NCBI GenBank assembly: GCA_009787945.1 | Contig: WQSI01000003.1 | Location: forward strand, 1 to 34,541 | Length of the DNA: 34,541 bases | From: Defluviitaleaceae bacterium | GTDB lineage: Bacteria > Bacillota > Clostridia > Lachnospirales > WRAX01 | Direction: 5' to 3' | Shown here: positions 27,098 to 34,541 of the stretch, piece after piece | Position numbering within the stretch: the stretch's first letter is position 1 | Layout: each line of letters begins with the position of its first letter | The notes under the pieces: generated by a model | The model's input: the letters and a program-made list of their open reading frames with translations, nothing else | Database searches by the model: none | What the model was told of the DNA's origin: nothing | Made by a program: the position numbers and the translations under genes

Positions 27098-29221
27098 TTA
27101 ATTAAATTTCTGGTGAATTTGGCGGTTTTGCACTTCCGCAAGCTTGGTGTCGTTAAACCTGTCTAATGTGGATAGATAGCCCGTGATTCTGCGGACACGG
27201 CTGATGTTTGTGCCGCGGCATTTCGGGCATATGTTGCTGTCGATAACGCCGTTTAGACCGCAGTCTACGCAAATATCCACAGGGAAATTGACACTGGCAT
27301 AACCCATGTCTGCATCCGCCATGGCGCGGATGAGGGTTTCAAAGGCTTCCAGATTGCCTTCTGGGGCAGAAGGAAGCTCTACATAAGAAATATGACCAGC
27401 ATTGCAATATTTATGGTAAGGGCCTTCCAAAGCGATTTTGTCCAGGGCATTAATGTGGTATTCCACAGGCACATGATGGGAATTTGTGTACCATTCTTTG
27501 TCAGTAACCCCAGGTATTACGCCGAAAAGCTCTGTGTCAATTTTGGTGAATTTGCCGCTTAGCTGTTCTGCAGGGGTGGCAAGAAGGGTGAAGTTTAGCC
27601 CATGTTTTTGGGTGGCTTCGTCACAACGGCGGCGCATGTGGGACACAATGGAAATGCCCAAAGCCTGAGCCTCCGAACTTTCACCATGATGCTTTCCAGT
27701 AAGAGCCACCAAACACTCTGCAAGCCCAATAAACCCAATGCTAAGGGTACCATGCTTAATCGCTTGCTCTACAGGGTCGTTTGGCCCTAGGTTTTCGCTG
27801 TCCATATACAGCTTTTGCCCCATCAAGAAAGGGAAATCCCTCACGCGAAGCTTTTTCTGCACATTGTAGCGGGCAAGCAACTGTTGCACACAAAACTCAA
27901 GTATATCATCTAAAGACTTCCAAAAAGTGGATAAATCTTTTTCCGCTTTTATGCCTAGGCGCGGCAAGTTGAGGGTTGTAAAAGACAGATTGCCGCGGGA
28001 ATCGGTTTTCGCCTCGCCATTGCAATTTGCAATTACGCGGGTGCGGCAACCCATATATCCCACTTCTTCTTCCGCAAACGGCTTGTTAAAGCTAGAATCT
28101 TGGAAGGAAAAGCTGGGGAATAGCCGCTTACAAGCCACTTTCATAGAAAGCTGGAAAAGGTCGTAGTTGGGGTCGCCAGGCTCAAAGCTGACATCCTCTT
28201 TAATTTTAAAACAGACATTGGGGAAAATCGGCGTTTCGCCTTTGCCCAAGCCTTTTTCATAAGCAAGAAGGAAACATTCTGTCACCATGCGCCCTTCTGG
28301 CGTTGTGTCTGTGCCGAAGTTTATGCTGGAAAACGGCACTTGCGCTCCTGCGCGGCTGTGCATGGTGTTAAGGTTGTAAATGAAGCCTTCCATTGCCTGA
28401 TATGTTTCCTCATAGGTGCGCCTGTTGATAAGCCCTTTTAATTTTTCTTCATCAATTGGCAAGCCTAGCTCTTCCAAATTTTGGCGGATTATCCTGTCTT
28501 GACGCTCCCGCTCCAAACGTACATAAGGCGCCATATCCCTGTCAAAATACCCGAAAGACTGCCCCCCATGCATGTCATTTTGGTTAGACTGTAAAATGAT
28601 AGCTGCCAAAGCCCCAGCGGTTTTAATGCTTTTTGGCGGACGAATGTAACCATGCCCATTGTTAAAGCCCTCGCTTAAAAGCCTTGTTAGCGGGATTTGC
28701 AAGCATGTCATGGTTTTTGAATACCAAGACAGGTCATGTATGTAAATATCGCCTTCCAGGTGAGCTTCTGCTTCTGCTTCCGTCAACATGCGTTTTAAAT
28801 AGTAATTTTTGGAAGCAATTTCAGAAATTTGCAAAACCTTAGCCGAAGGGGAATTGCCCACATTGGCGTTTTCGCGGTTGTTTTCCTTTAGGATTGTGCA
28901 AACCGCCTCCATTAGCTCGCTGCGCGCCTCCCTAAGCCTGGAGCGGTCATCCCTGTACAAAATATAAGACTTTGCAACTTTAGCATGACCGTTTTCAATC
29001 AGCACCGCCTCCACAATGTCTTGAACATCTTCCACAGTCACCTTCTCATCTTCGCCAGGAAATTCTTGTTTAATTTTTTTGATGACTGATAGTGTCAACT
29101 CCATAGCCAGTTGGCGGTCAGGCTCCCCCGTTGCCTTCAAGCATTTGAAAATAGCATCAGTAATTTTGCTTTCATGGAAATCTTGGGTTCTTCCATCTCT
29201 TTTATAAATTTTTGTTAGCAT
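27098..29221 (-). CDS. nrdD: Anaerobic ribonucleoside-triphosphate reductase
   Basis: ATP-cone (KRDG...VEDVQDIVE), IYIHDL, YMGCRT, C-terminal CxxC pairs and RRITGYL glycyl-radical motif; ATG at 29221 with RBS AAGGAG. Confidence 0.96.
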   Translation of the reverse strand: MLTKIYKRDGRTQDFHESKITDAIFKCLKATGEPDRQLAMELTLSVIKKIKQEFPGEDEKVTVEDVQDIVEAVLIENGHAKVAKSYILYRDDRSRLREARSELMEAVCTILKENNRENANVGNSPSAKVLQISEIASKNYYLKRMLTEAEAEAHLEGDIYIHDLSWYSKTMTCLQIPLTRLLSEGFNNGHGYIRPPKSIKTAGALAAIILQSNQNDMHGGQSFGYFDRDMAPYVRLERERQDRIIRQNLEELGLPIDEEKLKGLINRRTYEETYQAMEGFIYNLNTMHSRAGAQVPFSSINFGTDTTPEGRMVTECFLLAYEKGLGKGETPIFPNVCFKIKEDVSFEPGDPNYDLFQLSMKVACKRLFPSFSFQDSSFNKPFAEEEVGYMGCRTRVIANCNGEAKTDSRGNLSFTTLNLPRLGIKAEKDLSTFWKSLDDILEFCVQQLLARYNVQKKLRVRDFPFLMGQKLYMDSENLGPNDPVEQAIKHGTLSIGFIGLAECLVALTGKHHGESSEAQALGISIVSHMRRRCDEATQKHGLNFTLLATPAEQLSGKFTKIDTELFGVIPGVTDKEWYTNSHHVPVEYHINALDKIALEGPYHKYCNAGHISYVELPSAPEGNLEAFETLIRAMADADMGYASVNFPVDICVDCGLNGVIDSNICPKCRGTNISRVRRITGYLSTLDRFNDTKLAEVQNRQIHQKFN

Positions 29222-29428
29222 TTTAAAAACTCCTTTACGCTTGTACGTTATACTAAGATTAAACCATAAATCACCTCCTGTCAAGCCCAAATATTTATGA
29301 ATTTTGCGTTTTATGTTTTCTGATAACGGCTATTTTACTTGATTTTACGGCAATTTCCAAGTTAGCCAGTCGGTTTTATCGGGTCAAAACTTTTTTTATA
29401 TAATTTTTCCTAAAGCCCCTTTCAATTT

Positions 29429-29461
29429 TTGACATTTTTTACCAGTTATTTCGTGTATAAT
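29429..29461 (+). promoter_or_regulatory. Spo0A-dependent-type sigma-A promoter of spoIIE
   Basis: TTGACA-21 bp-TATAAT. The -35 overlaps TTTGACA (TGTCAAA on the minus strand, 0A-box-like), matching the long-spacer architecture known for B. subtilis spoIIE. Confidence 0.7.
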
Positions 29462-29480
29462 ATCTACCATTAAGTCATAG

Positions 29481-31841
29481 GTGATGGTGATTAGGATGCA
29501 AACAACCCAAACAAAAGAAACAGGAATAAAATTTAATATTACGCGGCGGCATTTGGTGGAATTTGCCCTGCTGGCAGGGTCATTCTTCGCCGCGCGGGCT
29601 GTGGTTTTCGGGGTGGCAAGCCCCTTCGCTCTTGTGTACATAGCAACATTTTTGTTTAACGGAAAAAAGTTTTACGCGGCGGCGTTCTTGTCGGCTCTAG
29701 GTTTATTTACCAACTTTTCAACACAGTATTCTATGCAGTATTTACTGGCAGTTGTGCTGATGTGCGTTGCAAATTTGCTGATGAGCCTGCGCCCAAAAAC
29801 AGGGCAGGACTGGGCAGCGTTAACCCAAGGCTTAACAGCATCAATATCCCTTGCAATTTCAGGGTTTGTGCTGATTATACTTCGTGGTTTCGACCTTTAC
29901 CAAATTGCCGTCACAATTTTAGAGGGAGGGTTGGTTTTCGCCATGGCAATTGTAGCGTCCAAAGCCATGACCGCCATAGCCCCTGGTTATCGGCGGCGGG
30001 GCGCGCTAACCAATGAGGAGCTAATGTCTGCGCTGTTCCTTGCCGCAATTGTTGTTGTGGGCATGGCAGACATTCATTTGTGGCTTGTTTCCCTGCGCCA
30101 TGTTGCCGCCTTTTTAATCATATTGTTGGCAAGTATCAGCGGCGGGGCTATGGTTGGGGCTGTCAGCGGTATGCTATTGGGTTTTTTGCTTAATATTACA
30201 GGGTTTGAGTACATATTTTTCGCGGTGTTATTAGGAGTTTCGGGCTTGGCAGGGGGGCTGGCAAAAAATCACGGAAAAATCCCTATTCTGATTGCTTTTA
30301 CAGCAGCTTTAACCCTTGCCGCCCTTTACTTTGACTTAACGCTGTTTTCGTGGCAATCGCTGGCATCACTGACCGTTGCCGTTGCAGTGTTCTTGGCTCT
30401 GCCAAAAAGATTTTCAACAAATATCAGCGTTAATGCGGGTTCTGCCAATCTGCCCCAAACTGAGTATTTAGAGCGTGTGCGGGAGCAGGTGTTGGGGCGT
30501 GTTTACAATATCGCTGGGGGCTACGGGAAATTAGCGAAAATTTTTGAAAACCGTGTGGAAGCAAAAGGGGTTCAGGTTAGCACGGTGGACAAGCTTGTAA
30601 AATCTGCCCAAGAGGCTGTTTGCCTAGGTTGCAGCCGTCTGGATTTTTGCTGGAAGGACAGACATGGACAGTCCTGGGCGTTTATGGACGAAATCGTCCT
30701 CAAGGCGCAAAAGCGCGGCAAATTGCACATGGAGGATGCTCCTAAGGAGTTTTATAACCAATGCACCAACGCCCCTGACTATATGGCTCATCTTGGCTCT
30801 GCATTAGAAAAAGATATTTTGTCACAGGAGTGGCAACAAAAGGTCGTGGAAGCAAAGTCAACAATTTACCATCAATTTTCAGGTTTGTCTGCGGTTATGT
30901 ATGAGTTTGCTGTAGAATTATCGACAATCCTTAACTTTCAAAAAGATTTGGAAGATAGGATTTTACAAGAATTTGCAAAAGAAAAAGTGGAGGTGGAAAA
31001 TTTGATAGTTATTGAAAACACATTGGGCAAGTACGAAATTAGCCTAACCCACAAAGGTCGGCGGGGCGAGCCGAAATTTGCAGGGCGCATTGGTGAGATA
31101 ATTTCACAAATTTGCGGCAGGCAAATGGAGCTTGTGGAAGAAAAGTATGCAGGGCGGGTGGTGCATCTGGACTTTCTTGAAAGGGAGAAGTTTTATATTA
31201 ACAGCGGCATCGCCAAAACCAACAAGGGCGGGCTTGCCCAATCTGGTGACAGCTTTTCCCTTGTGCAACTGCGGGATGGCAGGCTTATTGCCGCTTTATC
31301 CGACGGCATGGGCAGCGGAGAAAGGGCAAAAGAAGGCAGCGAAGCGGCAATTGAGCTTTTGGAAGAGCTAATGGAAAAAGGCTTTAAAAAGGACATTGCA
31401 ATAAAACTTATAAACTCTGCCCTTTTGCTAAAATCCAGTGACGAGTTTTTCTCAACCCTGGACATTTGTGTGGTTGACCTTAACACAGGGCTTTCAGAGT
31501 TTATGAAGATTGGCGCGTCTGCCAGTTACCTGCTTAGGGATGGCAAGGTGGAAGCAATTGGCTCTTGGACTTTGCCCGTGGGCATATTGGAAAGTGTTGA
31601 AATTGACACCTGTGAGCGTTATATAGCCCATGGGGACATTATTGTGATGATGACAGACGGGGTTGCCGATTCTGTTAAAAATGGCGAGGATGCCTGGTTA
31701 CGCCGTATTTTGGAAAATTTGCCCACCAAAAACCCTCAGGACGTTGCTGACCACATTTTGGAAGAAGCCCGCCGAAATTACCGTCATCAAATTAAGGATG
31801 ACATGACAGTCCTAGCTTTGAGAATACTTAACCGTAATTAG
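29481..31841 (+). CDS. spoIIE: Stage II sporulation protein E (PP2C phosphatase)
   Basis: About 10 N-terminal TM segments, CxxC...CW central region, SGDS, LSDGMGSG, TLD, MMTDGV, DDMTVL. Start could be 29481-29496. Confidence 0.93.
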   Translation: MMVIRMQTTQTKETGIKFNITRRHLVEFALLAGSFFAARAVVFGVASPFALVYIATFLFNGKKFYAAAFLSALGLFTNFSTQYSMQYLLAVVLMCVANLLMSLRPKTGQDWAALTQGLTASISLAISGFVLIILRGFDLYQIAVTILEGGLVFAMAIVASKAMTAIAPGYRRRGALTNEELMSALFLAAIVVVGMADIHLWLVSLRHVAAFLIILLASISGGAMVGAVSGMLLGFLLNITGFEYIFFAVLLGVSGLAGGLAKNHGKIPILIAFTAALTLAALYFDLTLFSWQSLASLTVAVAVFLALPKRFSTNISVNAGSANLPQTEYLERVREQVLGRVYNIAGGYGKLAKIFENRVEAKGVQVSTVDKLVKSAQEAVCLGCSRLDFCWKDRHGQSWAFMDEIVLKAQKRGKLHMEDAPKEFYNQCTNAPDYMAHLGSALEKDILSQEWQQKVVEAKSTIYHQFSGLSAVMYEFAVELSTILNFQKDLEDRILQEFAKEKVEVENLIVIENTLGKYEISLTHKGRRGEPKFAGRIGEIISQICGRQMELVEEKYAGRVVHLDFLEREKFYINSGIAKTNKGGLAQSGDSFSLVQLRDGRLIAALSDGMGSGERAKEGSEAAIELLEELMEKGFKKDIAIKLINSALLLKSSDEFFSTLDICVVDLNTGLSEFMKIGASASYLLRDGKVEAIGSWTLPVGILESVEIDTCERYIAHGDIIVMMTDGVADSVKNGEDAWLRRILENLPTKNPQDVADHILEEARRNYRHQIKDDMTVLALRILNRN

Positions 31842-31842
31842 G

Positions 31843-31871
31843 ACATATCCTCCAAAGTGAGGACATATACT
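31843..31871 (+). promoter_or_regulatory. Sigma-E-type promoter
   Basis: ACATAT...CATATACT with the same 20-nt CATA-to-CATA spacing as the spoIIID promoter. Confidence 0.55.
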
Positions 31872-31907
31872 TTTTCAACAAAGCTTGGATTTTTTGAAGG
31901 AGTTGCC

Positions 31908-32594
31908 ATGTCTGAACTTATACAAGTAATACTTATAAATCTAATTGTATCACTGGACAACATCGGTGTTATAGCCCTTGCCAGCCGCCATTTAGACCCA
32001 AAAAAAGCCAACACCGCCCGCTTGCTGGGGGTTTGGCTTTCCCTTGGTCTAAAACTGATATTTATTTTGCTTATCGGGCATTTGTTTACCATCACATGGC
32101 TGCACATCCGCCTAATTGGCGGGGCTATGCTGATTTATGTTATAATTGGTATGTTCCGCAGTGGCGACGACACCCCCAAGAAAACCCAGAAAAGCGGCGG
32201 CTTTTGGAAGGCCATGCTAATCATCATCGCCGCTGACATTTCCATGTCTTTGGACAATGTAATCGCCGTTTTGTCCATTGTGGCAGACGATGCAGGCAAC
32301 GTGTCCATGCAAGGGATGACCATGGCGTTTTTGGGGCTAATAATCTCCGTTCCTGTTCTGCTAATCGGTTCGGAAGCCATTATAAAGCTGATAAACCGCT
32401 ATAAAGCCCTTTTCGCAATTGCAACAGGCTACCTGGGTTACATTGCAGCCAACATGATTTTTGAGGACCACTTGCTTGAAAGCTTCTTCAACTTCTTGCA
32501 ATTCCCCTTCGCGCCCCAATTATCCATGATACTTGGCTTAGCAGTCGCGGTTGCTTGTTGGCTAACCTACAAAAACAAGCCCGTTGCCCACTAA
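31908..32594 (+). CDS. TerC/YjbE family membrane protein
   Basis: NLIVSLDNIGVIALA and ADISMSLDNVIAV; ATG at 31908 with RBS AAGGAG. Confidence 0.88.
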   Translation: MSELIQVILINLIVSLDNIGVIALASRHLDPKKANTARLLGVWLSLGLKLIFILLIGHLFTITWLHIRLIGGAMLIYVIIGMFRSGDDTPKKTQKSGGFWKAMLIIIAADISMSLDNVIAVLSIVADDAGNVSMQGMTMAFLGLIISVPVLLIGSEAIIKLINRYKALFAIATGYLGYIAANMIFEDHLLESFFNFLQFPFAPQLSMILGLAVAVACWLTYKNKPVAH

Positions 32595-33084
32595 GACACA
32601 TATTTGCGCATGTTTTTCAAGGCGTTCTTCTCAAGGCGGCTTACCTGGGCTTGGCTTATGCCTATCTCATCAGCCACCTCCATTTGGGTCTTGCCCTCAA
32701 AAAAGCGCAGGCTGATAATGTGGCGTTCCCGCTCCCCAAGGCGTTTCATGGCTTCGGACAGGGAGATGTTTTCTAACCACATTGCGTCTGTGTCTTTTTC
32801 GTCTTTCAGCTGGTCCATTACAAAGAGGGCATCTGCCCCGTCGTTGTAAACAGGCTCGAAAAGGGAAACAGGCTCTTGTATGGCATCAAGGGCAAAAACC
32901 ACGTCTTGACGCTCAAGCCCAAGTTCTGCGGCAATTTCTTCCACTGTTGGCTCTTTGCTGTTTAGGTTTATCAGGCGTTCCTTGGCTTGCAGGGCTTTGT
33001 AGGCAATGTCCCGCAGGCTTCGGCTCACTCTTATAGAGTTGTTGTCGCGCAAATACCGCCTAATTTCACCTATTATCATTGGAA
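32591..33084 (-). CDS. sigG: 3' half of RNA polymerase sporulation sigma factor G (regions 2.4-4), split gene
   Basis: PMIIGEIRRYLRDNNSIRVSRSLRDIAYKALQ...FALDAIQEPVSLFEPVYNDG...GKTQMEVADEIGISQAQVSRLEK is diagnostic of SigG rather than SigF. The N-terminal ~95 aa are absent and there is no RBS before the in-frame ATG at 33094. Confidence 0.93.
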
Positions 33085-33104
33085 TGAATGTCATTATGAG
33101 AAAT
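33063..33104. other. Putative serine-recombinase hybrid attachment site
   Basis: Imperfect inverted repeat (13 of 20 pairs by manual count) centred on TT (minus strand, 33084-33083), exactly where SigG similarity begins. Confidence 0.7.
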
Positions 33105-33108
33105 ATAA

Positions 33109-34488
33109 CTACACATCGAATTTATAAAACACCTCAATTTCGTCATCGGTAATCACAATTCTTTCAACACAGGAGCGGATTATGTTTTTTTGCTCTTGTT
33201 TTGTCATGTATTCCCAAGTTTCTTCAAGGGTTTCCAAGGTTTTTTTGACACTTTCAATTTTCCCTGCAATAACATTGCGCTCTTGCTCTGTGGTTATTTG
33301 GGTTTGGATTTTTGCCAGTTGCTTTTGATGCTCTTTTATAGTGTCCAGCAGTATTTCGTTGCCATTGTCAGCGTAAACATTGTAAAGCCGCTTGATTTTT
33401 TTTGCAACATCCTCATATCTGCCCCGCAAAACCTCCAGGACAGATTGGGCAGTTGCCCGAATGTCATCAACCTTTTTTTGTTTTAAAGAAAAGGAAAATA
33501 AATCCCCAATGACGATGCTTTCAACATCCCTCGCCCATTGCATCTTATTATTACAGTCTGTGTCTTTCATCAAGTGAGCCTTGCTTTTATCCCTAGAATA
33601 GCAAAGGATTTTGCAGTCGTGTTTGCCCCATTTTTGATAGCGCATTTTTGCCCCGCATTTGCCGCAGACCATCAGCCCCGTAAACAAATAACCCCCAGAG
33701 CTAACACGGCTGATTGAACGCTCTGCCATATAATCCATAGCCTTATTATAAATTTCCAAACTTACTATTGGTTCATGCTTCCCTAAAAATTCCTCATCAT
33801 TATAAATTATGTAGCCTGCGTTAGACTTGCGCTCCAAAATTTGAATGGCAAGCTTTTCATATTTCAAGCCCAATATTTGGGCGATTTTGCTGGTGGAATA
33901 GCCCTCTAAATACAAATCATAAATTTTGCGGACGGTTTCCGCATCTTTGTTCGGCACAAGAATCCCCTGCTCTTTGTCGTAGTCATAGCCGAAAGGTATG
34001 CGCCCGCCTCCCATCCAAAACCCCGCCTTTACCCGCTCTCTCATGCCCATTCTTGTCCGTTCACGGATGTTTTCCCGCTCAAGCTGGGCAAAGGCAGACA
34101 AGATGCCCAGCATCAAGCGCCCTAAAGGGGTTGATGTGTCCATGCTTTCCTGTGTGGAAATAAAATCAACCCCGTGGGGATTGAAAACATCTTCAATCAA
34201 ATACAGAGTGTCTTTTTGGCTGCGGGAAAGCCTGTCAAGTTTATAAACCAACACGGTGTTGATAGCTTTATTTTTCACATCAGAAATCAGCCGCTGAAGC
34301 TCAGGCCTTTCCATATTGCTGCCTGTGTACCCGCCGTCAATATAAAAGTCAAAATTTTTAATGCCCTTGGAAGCGCAATGACCTGCCAGCATCTCTTTTT
34401 GGGCATCAATAGAATAACCCTCTTCCCGCTGGGCATCTGTGGAAACCCTAATATAAATCCCTGCTTTGCCATGCACCACAGACCTCAC
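33109..34488 (-). CDS. Large serine recombinase (SpoIVCA-like)
   Basis: YIRVST catalytic Ser, VYKLDRLSRS, FAQLERE, PFGY recombinase domain, HEPIV, CGKCG Zn ribbon, coiled coil. The real start may be GTG at 34479 or 34476. Confidence 0.95.
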   Translation of the reverse strand: MRSVVHGKAGIYIRVSTDAQREEGYSIDAQKEMLAGHCASKGIKNFDFYIDGGYTGSNMERPELQRLISDVKNKAINTVLVYKLDRLSRSQKDTLYLIEDVFNPHGVDFISTQESMDTSTPLGRLMLGILSAFAQLERENIRERTRMGMRERVKAGFWMGGGRIPFGYDYDKEQGILVPNKDAETVRKIYDLYLEGYSTSKIAQILGLKYEKLAIQILERKSNAGYIIYNDEEFLGKHEPIVSLEIYNKAMDYMAERSISRVSSGGYLFTGLMVCGKCGAKMRYQKWGKHDCKILCYSRDKSKAHLMKDTDCNNKMQWARDVESIVIGDLFSFSLKQKKVDDIRATAQSVLEVLRGRYEDVAKKIKRLYNVYADNGNEILLDTIKEHQKQLAKIQTQITTEQERNVIAGKIESVKKTLETLEETWEYMTKQEQKNIIRSCVERIVITDDEIEVFYKFDV

Positions 34489-34541
34489 CTCTGTTCTGAC
34501 AGCCTTTGGTTTACAGCTCTAATAACCTCCGAAACCACGCC
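34485..34541 (-). CDS. Possible C-terminal end of an element gene upstream of the recombinase
   Basis: Open frame GVVSEVIRAVNQRLSEQR* whose TGA overlaps the recombinase RBS/start. Confidence 0.35.
   Translation of the reverse strand, partial: GVVSEVIRAVNQRLSEQR

Larger units (their letters stand above)
33085..34541 (-). mobile_element. End of an integrative, skin-like element inserted in sigG (extends beyond the window)
   Basis: Truncated sigG, att-like palindrome and adjacent large serine recombinase. Confidence 0.8.

Noticed and set aside
29222-29400. NrdR boxes upstream of nrdD
   Set aside because: No convincing match to the NrdR palindrome.
33085-33094. ATG at 33094 as the start of a stand-alone 167-aa sigma factor
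   Set aside because: There is no RBS, the MTFI residues are not SigG-like and lie in the att-like arm, and the product would lack the core-binding region 2.1-2.2.
1-34541. CRISPR arrays, tRNA or rRNA genes
   Set aside because: No regularly spaced repeats or recognisable structural RNA genes were seen.

Overview
Chromosomal window from a spore-forming, low-GC Gram-positive bacterium (Clostridia-like). It holds a fatty-acid operon (fabH-fabK-fabD-fabG plus a metallophosphoesterase), an HD-GYP gene, spoIIID and a nitroreductase. A long minus-strand run follows: uvrB, a PD-(D/E)xK nuclease, a C5-methyltransferase, an HNH nuclease, uvrA with an extra C-terminal domain, a decayed REP-associated transposase, dcd and a membrane protein. 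The rest comprises dnaX, two lipoproteins, a chemoreceptor fused to a cNMP-binding domain, a MATE transporter, nrdDG, spoIIE and a TerC/YjbE gene. The most striking feature is at the right end. The forespore sigma factor gene sigG is present only as an intact 3' half, cut inside the conserved 'YAVPM' motif at the centre of an imperfect inverted repeat 25 bp from the stop of a large serine recombinase. This suggests a skin-like intervening element in sigG. A second sporulation gene, spoIIID, also shows a partial duplication flanking an AT-rich foreign-looking gene. All calls come from reading the sequence and recalling protein families; no database searches were run.
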